DNA from: Pseudomonadota bacterium
Lineage (GTDB): Bacteria > Pseudomonadota > Alphaproteobacteria > SHVP01
Direction of reading: 5' to 3'
Assembly: GCA_027622715.1 (NCBI GenBank)
Contig: JAQBYN010000015.1
Coordinates: 11,745 to 75,744, forward strand
Length of the DNA: 64,000 nt
The position numbers and the translations under genes were made by a program. Position 1 is the first letter of the stretch, and each line of letters opens with the position of its first letter. Of this stretch, positions 1-10,291 are shown in pieces. The notes beneath the pieces were generated by a model. That model saw nothing but the letters and a program-made list of their open reading frames with translations, had not been told where the DNA came from and ran no database searches.

Positions 1-3000
1 CCTAAACGCACCGACATCAAAAGCATCCTTATTATCGGCGCCGGGCCGATCGTGATTGGGCAGGCGTGCGAGTTCGACTATTCGGGATCGCAGGCGTGCA
101 AGGCGTTGAAGGAAGAGGGTTACCGGATCGTGCTGGTCAACTCGAACCCAGCGACGATCATGACCGATCCGGATCTCGCCCATGCCACCTATATCGAGCC
201 GATCACCCCGGAGTTCGTGGCCAAGATCATCGAGAAGGAGCGGCCCGACGCGCTGTTGCCGACGATGGGTGGGCAAACCGCGCTCAACACCGCGTTGGCA
301 CTGGCTGAGGACGGCACTCTTGAGAAATACGGCGTCGAACTGATCGGCGCCAACGCCGAAGCCATCGCCAAAGCCGAAAACCGGCTGTCGTTTCGCGACG
401 CCATGACCAAGATCGGCCTTGAGAGCCCACTCAGCGGCATTGCCCACACCATGGAGGAGGCGCTTGAGGCGTTGAAGGTTGTCGGCCTGCCGGCGATCAT
501 CCGGCCCTCCTACACGCTGGGCGGCTTGGGCGGCGGTGTTGCCTACAACCGCGAGGAATTCGAGCAAATCATCGCGCGCGGCCTTGAGGCATCGCCCACC
601 ACCGAAGTGCTGGTGGAAGAATCGGTGCTCGGCTGGAAAGAATATGAAATGGAAGTCGTTCGCGACAAGAACGACAACGCCATCATCATTTGCTCGATCG
701 AAAACATCGACCCGATGGGCGTACACACCGGCGATTCGGTCACCGTGGCGCCGGCGCTGACTTTGACCGACAAAGAATACCAGATCATGCGCAGCGCCTC
801 GATTGCATGCCTGCGCGAGATCGGCGTCGAGACCGGTGGTTCGAACGTTCAGTTCGCGGTCAACCCCAAGACCGGCCGGTTGGTGGTGATCGAGATGAAC
901 CCGCGGGTATCGCGGTCTTCGGCGCTGGCCTCTAAGGCGACCGGGTTTCCCATCGCGAAAATCGCGGCGCGGCTTGCGGTCGGCTATACGCTCGACGAAC
1001 TCGACAACGACATCACCAAGGTGACGCCGGCGTCGTTTGAACCGACGATCGATTATGTCGTGACAAAAATCCCGCGCTTCACGTTTGAGAAATTCCGCGG
1101 CGCCGAAGCGATCCTGACGACGTCGATGAAATCGGTCGGCGAGGCGATGTCGATCGGCCGCACTTTTGCCGAGAGTCTGCAAAAAGCGCTACGGTCAATG
1201 GAGACCGGCCTGACCGGGCTCGACGAAGTCGAAATCCCCGACTTTGACGGCACCGACACTAACACCATCCGGGCCGCCCTGACCAAGCAAACGCCCGACC
1301 GGATCCTGTTGATCGCTCAAGCAATTCGTTCCGGCATGACGCTGACGGATATCCACGACTGCTGCCACTACGACATGTGGTTCCTGGAGCAGATCGCTGA
1401 AATCGTCGCGGTGGAGGCGGGCGTCCGCGCGCACGGGCTGCCCGACTCGCGGGCGGATCTGGCAACACTGAAGCGGATGGGATTTTCGGATGCGCGGCTG
1501 GCCACGCTAGCCGGTAAGGCCGAGACCGAGGTCGCCGCGTTGCGTCATACCCTCGGCGTGCACCCGGTTTACAAGCGCGTCGACACTTGCGCCGCTGAAT
1601 ACGAAGCCCAAACGCCGTACCTGTATTCAACCTACGAATACGACAGCGACGAGAGTGCCGGCGCAGCCGAGAACGAGGCGGCCCCGAGCGACCGCGAAAA
1701 AATCATCATTCTTGGCGGCGGCCCGAACCGCATCGGCCAAGGCATCGAGTTCGACTATTGCTGCGTCCATGCCGCCTACGCGCTGACCGAAAGCGGCTAT
1801 GAGACGATCATGATCAACTGCAATCCGGAAACCGTGTCGACCGATTACGACACCTCGGACCGCTTGTATTTCGAACCGCTGACCGCCGAAGACGTCATGG
1901 AAATTGTCCGCGCCGAAAGCGCAAACGGCAAACTCAAAGGGGTCATTGTGCAACTCGGCGGGCAGACCCCACTGAAACTCGCCGGCGATCTCTCGGCTGC
2001 TGGCGTGCCCATCCTGGGCACCTCACCGGATGCGATCGACCTGGCCGAGGACCGGCAACGGTTTCAGAAATTGCTGGGCAAGATCGGTCTGAAGCAACCG
2101 CCGAACGGGATCGCCTTTACCGCTGAGGACGCAGAGACCGTCGCGGAGGAGCTGGGGTATCCGGTGGTGATCCGGCCATCCTATGTCCTGGGTGGCCGGG
2201 CGATGGAGATCGTCCGTGATCGCGCCTCCTTACGCCGTTTCATCGGCGAAGCGATGCGGTTGTCGGGCCGCAACCCGGTGTTGATCGACAGTTATCTCGA
2301 CAACGCAATCGAAATCGATGTCGACGCCATCGCCGACGGCGACGACGTTTTCGTCGCGGGCATCATGGAACACATAGAAGAAGCCGGCATTCACTCCGGT
2401 GACTCGGCATGCTCGCTGCCGCCCTACTCATTGGCCGGCGTAACGATCGTCGAGTTGCGGCGACAGACCGAAGTATTGGCGCGCGCACTTGGCGTCGTCG
2501 GCCTCATGAACATTCAGTTTGCGATCAGGGACGGTGAAATCTTCATCTTGGAGGTCAATCCCCGCGCCAGCCGCACCGTACCGTTCGTTGCCAAATCAAT
2601 CGGCATTCCGATCGCCAAGATCGCATCGCGCGTGATGGCCGGTGAAAAACTTTCGAGCTTCAAGTTGACGCAACCCAATCCCAAGCACGTTTCGGTCAAA
2701 GAGGCTGTCTTCCCCTTCGCGCGGTTCCCCGGCGTCGATACGCTGTTGGGACCGGAAATGAAATCGACCGGTGAGGTGATGGGGATCGACACAACCTTCG
2801 ATCGCGCCTTCGCCAAGTCGCAGCTAGCGTCCGGCACAGCGTTGCCGCTTACCGGCAAAGTTTTCATCTCGGTGCGTGACGCTGATAAGGCGCAGCTCAT
2901 CGAGCCCGCCCGGCAACTCATTGCTCTTGGATTTGGGATCGTCGCATCGCGCGGCACCGCGACCTATCTAGAGGCCGCCGGCATTGCGGTGGAGCGCGTC

Positions 3001-3255
3001 AACAAGGTGCTCGAGGGTCGGCCCCATATCGTCGATGCGATGAAAAACGGCGATATCCAGTTGGTCTTCAATACGACCGATAGCGCCCAGGCCGTGGCAG
3101 ACAGCTTTACCTTGCGACGAACCGCCCTGACCAACGCCGTGCCCTATTATACGACCGTGGCAGGCTCGCGTGCGGCGGTCATGGCAATTGCGCGCCTTCG
3201 CGAGGGCAGCCTTGATGTGGCACCGTTGCAATCCTATTTTAGTGATCCCAATTGA
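1..3255 (+). CDS. carB: Carbamoyl-phosphate synthase large subunit (5' end at window edge)
   Basis: Frame from base 1 reads [29 protein letters not shown], so the true ATG lies just before the window. Two ATP-grasp halves ([19 protein letters not shown]) and a C-terminal MGS domain. Confidence 0.98.
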   Translation, partial: PKRTDIKSILIIGAGPIVIGQACEFDYSGSQACKALKEEGYRIVLVNSNPATIMTDPDLAHATYIEPITPEFVAKIIEKERPDALLPTMGGQTALNTALALAEDGTLEKYGVELIGANAEAIAKAENRLSFRDAMTKIGLESPLSGIAHTMEEALEALKVVGLPAIIRPSYTLGGLGGGVAYNREEFEQIIARGLEASPTTEVLVEESVLGWKEYEMEVVRDKNDNAIIICSIENIDPMGVHTGDSVTVAPALTLTDKEYQIMRSASIACLREIGVETGGSNVQFAVNPKTGRLVVIEMNPRVSRSSALASKATGFPIAKIAARLAVGYTLDELDNDITKVTPASFEPTIDYVVTKIPRFTFEKFRGAEAILTTSMKSVGEAMSIGRTFAESLQKALRSMETGLTGLDEVEIPDFDGTDTNTIRAALTKQTPDRILLIAQAIRSGMTLTDIHDCCHYDMWFLEQIAEIVAVEAGVRAHGLPDSRADLATLKRMGFSDARLATLAGKAETEVAALRHTLGVHPVYKRVDTCAAEYEAQTPYLYSTYEYDSDESAGAAENEAAPSDREKIIILGGGPNRIGQGIEFDYCCVHAAYALTESGYETIMINCNPETVSTDYDTSDRLYFEPLTAEDVMEIVRAESANGKLKGVIVQLGGQTPLKLAGDLSAAGVPILGTSPDAIDLAEDRQRFQKLLGKIGLKQPPNGIAFTAEDAETVAEELGYPVVIRPSYVLGGRAMEIVRDRASLRRFIGEAMRLSGRNPVLIDSYLDNAIEIDVDAIADGDDVFVAGIMEHIEEAGIHSGDSACSLPPYSLAGVTIVELRRQTEVLARALGVVGLMNIQFAIRDGEIFILEVNPRASRTVPFVAKSIGIPIAKIASRVMAGEKLSSFKLTQPNPKHVSVKEAVFPFARFPGVDTLLGPEMKSTGEVMGIDTTFDRAFAKSQLASGTALPLTGKVFISVRDADKAQLIEPARQLIALGFGIVASRGTATYLEAAGIAVERVNKVLEGRPHIVDAMKNGDIQLVFNTTDSAQAVADSFTLRRTALTNAVPYYTTVAGSRAAVMAIARLREGSLDVAPLQSYFSDPN

Positions 3256-3314
3256 TCTGGTCGCCGCATCGCGTTTGATATCGTGCCGACCGCGTTTCTG
3301 GTAAGATTGCGCCC

Positions 3315-3809
3315 ATGATTAAAGAACCAATGACAGCCGACGGTTATCGGCGCGTTGAAACAGAATTGAAGCGCCTCAAACATGAGGAGCGTCCCGCTGT
3401 CATCAAAGCGATCGAGGAGGCGCGCGCGCACGGCGACTTGTCGGAGAACGCCGAATATCACGCCGCCAAAGAACGCCAAGCCTACGTCGAAGGCCGCGTC
3501 GCCGAGCTTGAAGACAAGATCAGCCGGGCCGAGGTTATAGACCTATCGACGCTGACGGGGACCACGGTGATGTTCGGGGCGACGGTCTCGGTCGCCGACG
3601 AAGACACCGACGAGGAGTCGACCTATCAGATCGTCGGCACCGAAGAATCGGACATAAAACAGGGACGCTTGTCGATTGCATCACCTCTCGCACGGGCGCT
3701 GATCGGTAAGTCGGTCGGTGATTCGGCGGAAGTTAGTACGCCAAAAGGACCGCGGTCCTACGAGATAATCTCGCTGCGCTACGAACAGGCTCGCCCGCCG
3801 GCCGACTAG
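3315..3809 (+). CDS. greA: Transcription elongation factor GreA
   Basis: HGDLSENAEYHAAK motif, SPLARALIGK; classic carB-greA order. Confidence 0.97.
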   Translation: MIKEPMTADGYRRVETELKRLKHEERPAVIKAIEEARAHGDLSENAEYHAAKERQAYVEGRVAELEDKISRAEVIDLSTLTGTTVMFGATVSVADEDTDEESTYQIVGTEESDIKQGRLSIASPLARALIGKSVGDSAEVSTPKGPRSYEIISLRYEQARPPAD

Positions 3810-6331
3810 GAGTCTGCGGCGATGCGCGTTGGCGCGGCCGCGCTGCTTTTCTTGGTGGCATCAAGAAGACGTCGGACACGCAGCGCGAGATCTTCCCGCG
3901 AGTAAGGCTTCATCAGTATCTCGACATCGCGTGCGGCGTCCTTCAAAGCACCCCGCGCATAGCCGGTGGTAAACAAAACAGGCCCGACGAAGCCGAGGGT
4001 TCGCGCATTGCGCACCAGTGCCTCGCCGTCCATCCCGCCGGGAAGAACAACGTCACTCACAATGAGATCGAACTTCCCATTGGACCGGAGAAGATCGATA
4101 GCGGTTTTCCCGTCGGCGGCAGCAACTACGTCGTAACCCAGAGAGCGTAGCGACGAACCAATGTGCTCGCGCACATCGTTGTCGTCCTCGACAACGAATA
4201 GCCGCTCATCACCGTGCGGTAGGTGCGCCGCGGCGAGATTCGACATTTCTGGAGCGCGCACTTTTGCGCCTGACGTCGGAAAGTAGAGTGTGACCGTGGT
4301 CCCGCGACCCGGCGCCGTAACGATCTCTGCGCCGCCGCCGGACTGACGGGCAAACCCGTAGATCATCGACAGACCGAGGCCGCTTCCCTTGCCGACGTCT
4401 TTCGTCGTGAAAAATGGGTCGAACGCCCGCGAGACGACGTCGGCCGACATGCCGCTTCCATTGTCGGTCACAGCGACCGTCACATAACTTCCGGCTTCCA
4501 ACCTATCTTCGCCCATCAATCGGCGGGCGGGATCAACAATGGCCGTCGCCGTTTCAATGGTGACCATGCCGCCCTCCGGCATCGCGTCCCGGGCGTTTAG
4601 CGTCAGGTTCAAGACGGCGTTTTCAAGCTGTCCCGCATCGACCATTGTGGCAGGGACGCTTTCTCCCAGACTTAGGCGCACCTCGATACGCTCGCCGAGC
4701 GAGCGAACCAAGAGATCGGCGAAACTACCAATGAGATCGGAGACTGACGCTTGGCTGGGCTGGAGCATTTGCCGGCGCGAAAATGCGAGAAGCCGCTGGG
4801 TGAGTTCTGCCGCCCTTAGGGCGCCGCGGCGCGCGGACCGGATCGCGCCCGTTGCAGGCAGCTCTTCGGGCAATGCCTCCTCGGCGAGATCGAGGTTGCC
4901 GAGGACGACGGTCAATAGATTGTTGAAGTCGTGCGCGATTCCCCCTGTCAATTGGCCGAGGGTCTCCATCTTTTGCGCTTGCCGAAGTTGTTCTTCCAAA
5001 CGCCGCCGGTCGGTGACGTCGATTCCGAAGACAAAAATTGCGTCGACCTCACCCCGTCGCAAGTGCGGTACGACGCTAACCGCGTAGTGACGTTGCGCCG
5101 CGCCTCCGCCGAGGGTCATTTCTTGGCTGACCGATTCGCCACAAAATCCTAGATCTAAAATCGGCCCCAGACTGGCAGCGTCGGCTTCCTCATAAAACTC
5201 GCTCCACTCGTGACCAACCATCTGCTCTGGTAGACGTCCGACCGAAGCCGCGCGGGCCAAGTTGACGAAACGAAAACGGCCATCACGGTCGATCAAGGAA
5301 ACCAAGAAAGGAAGGCTGTCCGAGATCAATCGCAGTTGGCGCTCGCTCTTCTCAATTTCGCGGTCCTTGCGGGTCAATTCGGTAATGTCGGTGAGCGTGG
5401 CAACGGTCCGACCATCGCTCGCTCGGCGCTCGAAACTTCGGATTAGCGTCCCTTCAGGGGTCTTGTAAATGCTGGTGTGCTCGGCGTGCGCGCTCAAGTT
5501 GTGCATTCGTTCGTTCAGCCAATCCCGAACTGCCGTGCGGGTCAACACCGGGAGTAGATCAGCCATTGCCCAGGTCATTTCTTCGACCGACAACCCGACG
5601 CGAAGCACCTTGGCGACTTCCCCGTTGAGGCGCGCAAAGGCGTGATTCCAAAGGACGAGATGATCATTTTGGTCAAACAGGGCAAACCCGTCACTGGTCG
5701 CCTCCAGAATGATCGCAAGACGACCATGTGCATCGGCAGCCTCCGCTTGTTTTTCGCGCCCAATCTTTGTCAGGACTTCATAGCGTGCCTCGCGATCTTT
5801 TTGCTCCGCGATATGGACCGACCTGAACGCCACCAGGCCACCGACGCCGGTGACCGCCAGCAGCAGAATGAACACCGCGATTAGCGGGGTCGGCGGGCGG
5901 AGCGAGTGCGTAATGGACAACAACGCGACCGGTCCAGCCGGGCCCTGGACAATGATACTTTCCCTGTGGGTGGGTCCCTTCGGCTCGCCACCGACCGACC
6001 GGAGTAGATTTCCGTCGAGCGCATCTAGTCGGACTCGAACCGCCCGGCCGGGAATGAGGACCGCCGCCGGGAACGGAAGAAGGGCACGAGTCAGAATGGC
6101 CTCCGCCGCCGCCGACCGTTGCCAAGCGGCGTCGTCAGCTGCCAATTGGGACAGTTCAATCGCGGTTGTATGCCCGACGCTTTTAACGGTCTTTTCGATG
6201 GCCAAGAAATCTTGGATTATGGTGACGCGCCCGACCACGAACAAAACGAACAACGTCGCCCACAACGTCAAATAGACGATCCGGCCGCGACGCCAGGGCG
6301 GCCGCTTTGGCACTTCGGAGGCAACGGTCAT
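3806..6331 (-). CDS. Membrane-bound hybrid sensor histidine kinase (2 TM, PAS domains, HisKA, HATPase, REC)
   Basis: QAQKMETLGQLTGGIAHDFNNLL H-box, NLTLNARDAM N-box, DNGSGM, FDPFFTTK, GSGLGLS; C-terminal receiver VVEDD...DVVLPG...KP. Start uncertain (ATG 6331 or 6367). Confidence 0.93.
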   Translation of the reverse strand: MTVASEVPKRPPWRRGRIVYLTLWATLFVLFVVGRVTIIQDFLAIEKTVKSVGHTTAIELSQLAADDAAWQRSAAAEAILTRALLPFPAAVLIPGRAVRVRLDALDGNLLRSVGGEPKGPTHRESIIVQGPAGPVALLSITHSLRPPTPLIAVFILLLAVTGVGGLVAFRSVHIAEQKDREARYEVLTKIGREKQAEAADAHGRLAIILEATSDGFALFDQNDHLVLWNHAFARLNGEVAKVLRVGLSVEEMTWAMADLLPVLTRTAVRDWLNERMHNLSAHAEHTSIYKTPEGTLIRSFERRASDGRTVATLTDITELTRKDREIEKSERQLRLISDSLPFLVSLIDRDGRFRFVNLARAASVGRLPEQMVGHEWSEFYEEADAASLGPILDLGFCGESVSQEMTLGGGAAQRHYAVSVVPHLRRGEVDAIFVFGIDVTDRRRLEEQLRQAQKMETLGQLTGGIAHDFNNLLTVVLGNLDLAEEALPEELPATGAIRSARRGALRAAELTQRLLAFSRRQMLQPSQASVSDLIGSFADLLVRSLGERIEVRLSLGESVPATMVDAGQLENAVLNLTLNARDAMPEGGMVTIETATAIVDPARRLMGEDRLEAGSYVTVAVTDNGSGMSADVVSRAFDPFFTTKDVGKGSGLGLSMIYGFARQSGGGAEIVTAPGRGTTVTLYFPTSGAKVRAPEMSNLAAAHLPHGDERLFVVEDDNDVREHIGSSLRSLGYDVVAAADGKTAIDLLRSNGKFDLIVSDVVLPGGMDGEALVRNARTLGFVGPVLFTTGYARGALKDAARDVEILMKPYSREDLALRVRRLLDATKKSSAAAPTRIAADS

Positions 6332-6405
6332 GGAACAAGCATCTACCCGCCTACGCGTTTGCGCCATTCGGATGATTACTCGCCCGCTAAGGGGTGGCCC
6401 GCAGC

Positions 6406-6882
6406 TTATTCCGCTTCGAGCGGGACCCCGGGCTCGACCTTATTTGCACGTATCGCGAGAGAACTTTTCACATGCGCAACGTTCGGTGCAGCCGTGAGTT
6501 CTCGCGTGAGAAAAGTCTGATATTCGTCCCAATCGCGGGCAACGATTTTTAGAAGGAAATCGACCTCGCCCGCCAGCATGTGGCATTCGCGCACCATCGG
6601 CCACGCGGTGCACCGGCGCTCAAAGGCGGCCAGATCGCTCTCGGCCTGCGAATCGAGGCCAACCATGGCAAAAACGGTCACATCGAAGCCCAACGCCTTG
6701 GCATCGAGATCGGCATGGTAGCCGCGGATATAGCCGTCGCGCTCCAGCGCCCGAACGCGCCGTAGGCAAGGCGGCGCTGAAATCCCGGCGCGCCTTGCGA
6801 GGTCGACATTGGTCATGCGACCGTTCCGTTGCAGGTCGACCAGAATGCGTTGGTCGATGTCGTCGAGCTTGACCCGGGCCAT
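6406..6882 (-). CDS. Lrp/AsnC family transcriptional regulator
   Basis: LDDIDQRIL...GRMTNVDLARRAGISAPPCLRRVRALE HTH; C-terminal RAM domain (CHMLAGEVDFLLK). Confidence 0.95.
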   Translation of the reverse strand: MARVKLDDIDQRILVDLQRNGRMTNVDLARRAGISAPPCLRRVRALERDGYIRGYHADLDAKALGFDVTVFAMVGLDSQAESDLAAFERRCTAWPMVRECHMLAGEVDFLLKIVARDWDEYQTFLTRELTAAPNVAHVKSSLAIRANKVEPGVPLEAE

Positions 6883-6950
6883 GCATCCTCCGTTGTGCGC
6901 TGCGGCGCAGCATTATAATAAAGTTTCGTATTCGTGAAAGATTATTGCGC

Positions 6951-7946
6951 ATGAGCGACGAGGGTCCGCCCTGCTGGGTGCTTTCGGATGGTAAGGCCGG
7001 CACGGAAAACCAGTGCATCGGCCTGGCCGAGGCGCTCGGCATCTCGTTTTTGGTACATCGCCTCGCCCGTCGCGCCGTCACCGATTGGCTGCCGGCCCAG
7101 TTTTGGGCCGCTACCGGAACACTGGCGCTGCGTGCCGCGGGCCGGGCCCCCGGTCTCAAGCCACCCTGGCCGCGCCTCTTGATCGCCGCGGGCCGCCCGA
7201 GCGTGGGCCCGGCGATAGCCATTCGCCGCGCAGCACAGGGCGCGACGTTCGTCGTGCAATTACAGGATCCGCGTGTCGCACCGAGACACTTCGATCTCGT
7301 CATCCCGCCGGCACATGACGGCTTGGTTGGTCCCAACGTCCTGCCGACACTAGGCGCCCTCCACCGCATTACATCCGACAAATTGGCGGCCGCAGCCGAT
7401 CGTTGGCAAGGCCGATACGCTGCGCTCCCGCAGCCACGCATTGCTGTTCTGATTGGTGGCGCCAGCAAGCATCACCGGATGTCGATTGACACCGCCAAAC
7501 GCATCGGGATGCAGTTGCGTGCGCTTTGCCTGTCGTCTGGCGCCAGCCTGATGATTACCACCTCGCGGCGCACCGATCCGGCCTGCCACCAGGCGCTGGC
7601 GCAAGCGCTCGTCGGGCAGCCCGTGGATTTCTGGGATGGCACCGGCGACAATCCGTATGCGGGCATGCTGGCAACCGCAGACGGTATCGTGGTCACGGCG
7701 GACTCGGTGACCATGGCCTCAGAGGCGGCAACCACCGGCAAGCCGGTGTTCGTCGCGGACCTGGTTGGCGGCAGCCCAAAATTCGACCGTTTCCACGACA
7801 CCCTGCGACAACGTGGGATCAGCCGAGAATTCGACGGTCACTGGGCGACGTGGACCTACCAGCCACTGAACGAGGCGCACCGAATAGCCGAGGAAGTCCG
7901 TCGTCGCTTGGCGTTGCCGCCGCCCAATGGCGACGATTTCCACTAA
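6951..7946 (+). CDS. ELM1/GtrOC1-family protein (mitochondrial fission ELM1-like)
   Basis: WVLSDGKAGTENQCIGLAEAL, QDPR, PAHD, TTSRRT, NPY, VTADSVTMASEAATTGKPV motifs. Confidence 0.85.
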   Translation: MSDEGPPCWVLSDGKAGTENQCIGLAEALGISFLVHRLARRAVTDWLPAQFWAATGTLALRAAGRAPGLKPPWPRLLIAAGRPSVGPAIAIRRAAQGATFVVQLQDPRVAPRHFDLVIPPAHDGLVGPNVLPTLGALHRITSDKLAAAADRWQGRYAALPQPRIAVLIGGASKHHRMSIDTAKRIGMQLRALCLSSGASLMITTSRRTDPACHQALAQALVGQPVDFWDGTGDNPYAGMLATADGIVVTADSVTMASEAATTGKPVFVADLVGGSPKFDRFHDTLRQRGISREFDGHWATWTYQPLNEAHRIAEEVRRRLALPPPNGDDFH

Positions 7947-8044
7947 GCCAAGAGGCCCGATATGGCGCTTGCAAACGGGGCATAAAACCCTACTTTTCCC
8001 GGCATGCGTTTGACGCATAGCTCACCAGAACGACGGGAGGTTCC

Positions 8045-9013
8045 ATGTCTCAGCAGCACCATAGCCGCGTACTGATCCTGGGATCGGGCCCTGCCGGCCT
8101 TACCGCCGCGATCTACGCCGCGCGCGCCAACCTCGAGCCGATTCTGGTTCATGGCATCCAGCCCGGCGGTCAAATGACGATCACCACCGACGTCGAAAAC
8201 TATCCTGGGTTCGCCGAGGTGGTTCAGGGCCCTTGGCTCATGGAGGAGATGCAGAAACAGGCTGAAAGTGTCGGCACGCGGATGATCGCCGACACAATCA
8301 CCGAGGTCGATCTGTCGCGCCGCCCGTTTCGCGCGGTCGGCGACTCCGGCGACACCTACAGCGCCGACGCTGTGATTGTCGCAACCGGCGCCCAAGCCAA
8401 ATGGTTGGGTCTGCCCAGTGAGGACAAGTTCAAGGGCTTCGGCGTCTCGGCATGTGCGACGTGTGACGGTTTCTTCTTTCGCGGCCGCACTGTCGTGGTG
8501 ATCGGTGGCGGGAACACGGCCGTCGAAGAAGCACTCTATCTAACCAATCACGCGTCCAAGGTGACGCTTGTCCATCGCCGCGACACCTTGCGCTCAGAGA
8601 AAATCCTGCAGGATCGGCTGTTCAAGAATCCCAAGGTCGAAGTGCGCTGGGACACTGTGCTCGAAGAGGTCGTCGGTGCCGAGGACCCGTTGGGTGTGAC
8701 CGGGGCGCGGCTGCGCAATATCAAGACCGCCGAAAGCGAGGTCCTTGCTGTCGACGGCGTATTCGTCGCCATCGGACACACACCCAATACCGAAATATTC
8801 AAAGGCGTGCTCGACATGGACGGCGAAGGGTATTTGATCACCAAGCCCGATTCGACGCGGACCAATATCGAGGGGGTCTTCGCGGCGGGCGACGTCCAGG
8901 ACAAAATATTTCGCCAGGCAGTAACGGCGGCAGGCACTGGCTGCATGGCCGCCCTTGAAACGGAAAAGTATTTGGCGACCTTGGAAGAGCCTGCGGCGGC
9001 AGCGGCCGAGTAA
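8045..9013 (+). CDS. trxB: Thioredoxin-disulfide reductase
   Basis: GSGPAG FAD motif, CATCDG redox centre, GGGNTA, HRRD, FAAGDV. Confidence 0.98.
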   Translation: MSQQHHSRVLILGSGPAGLTAAIYAARANLEPILVHGIQPGGQMTITTDVENYPGFAEVVQGPWLMEEMQKQAESVGTRMIADTITEVDLSRRPFRAVGDSGDTYSADAVIVATGAQAKWLGLPSEDKFKGFGVSACATCDGFFFRGRTVVVIGGGNTAVEEALYLTNHASKVTLVHRRDTLRSEKILQDRLFKNPKVEVRWDTVLEEVVGAEDPLGVTGARLRNIKTAESEVLAVDGVFVAIGHTPNTEIFKGVLDMDGEGYLITKPDSTRTNIEGVFAAGDVQDKIFRQAVTAAGTGCMAALETEKYLATLEEPAAAAAE

Positions 9014-9023
9014 GCGGCAGCTC

Positions 9024-9914
9024 ATGGATTGGAATCGCCTCAAGGTCTTTCACGCTGTGGCCGAGGCCGGCAGCTTTACCCGCGCCGGCGAATTGCTGAA
9101 CCTGAGCCAGTCGGCGATCAGCCGTCAGATTAGCGCGCTGGAAGGCGAACTCGGCACGCCACTGTTTCACCGTCATGCCCGCGGGCTGAGCCTTACTGAA
9201 CAGGGCGACTCACTTTACCGGACAGCACACGAGATCTCGGCGAAGCTCGCGATGACCGAGGCAGTCTTGGGCGAATCCCGCGAACGCCCGACCGGCAAAC
9301 TCAAGATCACCACCACGGTGGGATTCGGCTCGACCTGGCTAACCCCGCGGATCGGAGAATTTCTGGAACTCTACCCGGAGGTCACCGTGGACGTCGTCCT
9401 CGATGACCGGCTTCTCGACCTCAGCATGCGTGAGGCTGACATCGCGATTCGCATGCGGCCCCCGACTCAGGCCGACCTCGTTCAACGGCGCCTTCTCACC
9501 GTACACAACCACCTTTACGCTTCACCAACCTACTTGAAACGGCACGGCACGCCGCGCGACCTCGCCGATCTGCAAAATCACCGGATCATTACGTATGGCG
9601 AGGACACGCCACCGCCGGTGACCGAGATCAACTGGCTGCAAAAGGCTGGACGCAAACAGGGACTGAATCTTGTGCCGGTGCTCACGGTGAACAATGTTTA
9701 CGGGCTCCTCCTTGCCGTTGAGAGTGATGTCGGCGTCGCCTCCCTGCCCGACTACATGATCACGGGGCATTCCAACGTCGTGCGCGTGCTCCCCGATGTC
9801 GATGCACCGTCATTCGACACGTTCCTGGTCTACCCAGATGAACTGCGCGAAACGAAGAAAATCAGCGTTTTCCGGGATTTTCTGCTCAACAAGGTCGCCG
9901 GGTGGCGCTTCTAA
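9024..9914 (+). CDS. LysR-family regulator, LsrB/VtlR-like
   Basis: MDWNRLKVFHAVAEAGSFT...LSQSAISRQI HTH. It directly follows trxB, as rhizobial lsrB does. Confidence 0.92.
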   Translation: MDWNRLKVFHAVAEAGSFTRAGELLNLSQSAISRQISALEGELGTPLFHRHARGLSLTEQGDSLYRTAHEISAKLAMTEAVLGESRERPTGKLKITTTVGFGSTWLTPRIGEFLELYPEVTVDVVLDDRLLDLSMREADIAIRMRPPTQADLVQRRLLTVHNHLYASPTYLKRHGTPRDLADLQNHRIITYGEDTPPPVTEINWLQKAGRKQGLNLVPVLTVNNVYGLLLAVESDVGVASLPDYMITGHSNVVRVLPDVDAPSFDTFLVYPDELRETKKISVFRDFLLNKVAGWRF

Positions 9915-9946
9915 CGCATTGACGTTGGGTTACCCATGCGCGATCC

Positions 9947-9959
9947 GCATAGCTGGTTT
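9947..9959 (+). promoter_or_regulatory. Putative LsrB/VtlR binding site GCAT-N3-TG-N3-T
   Basis: GCATAGCTGGTTT matches the motif exactly and overlaps an ATGCG-N5-CGCAT dyad (9936-9950). It lies about 50 bp upstream of the predicted sRNA start. Confidence 0.6.
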
Positions 9960-10006
9960 GCGCTCCTAGGGGTGGTATTCGCCCGCCACTGGCCCTAAAT
10001 ATTTTT

Positions 10007-10138
10007 CAAATCTGGCGTGGCACTGCCGCGTTGGATGGCGGCACTCGGTCATATCGTTTTTGGCCGGGTCCGCACGTCTCCCAGACGTTAAGCCTCCCTG
10101 TTATGACTGGCCGGACCTTCGGGTCCGGCCTTTTTTTT
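10007..10138 (+). ncRNA. Candidate anti-Shine-Dalgarno sRNA (AbcR/alpha-r15-like or suhB/MmgR-like)
   Basis: Several hairpins, CTCCCA (10078-10083) within the ACGTC/GACGT hairpin, a second CCTCCCTG (10093-10100), and a strong terminator. Located after trxB-lysR. The 5' end is estimated. Confidence 0.7.
10109..10138 (+). terminator. Rho-independent terminator
   Basis: GGCCGGACC-TTCG-GGTCCGGCC followed by T8. Confidence 0.92.
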
Positions 10139-10291
10139 GCCGATATGCCGACGATTCGGTCACGGCCGGGCGGCGCCTCGTTCGCCAGTGGCGACACCCC
10201 TACCTATTGCACTTGCTACAAGCCGCGCCCGGCGCGACCATCCACCCGCAATAACCGTGATGCACAAACAAAAATCGTTGGGGAGGCTCAG

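Noticed and set aside
10031..10291. N-terminal extension of the 5'-nucleotidase
   Set aside because: It runs through a strong terminator; the SD and signal peptide point to a start at 10292.
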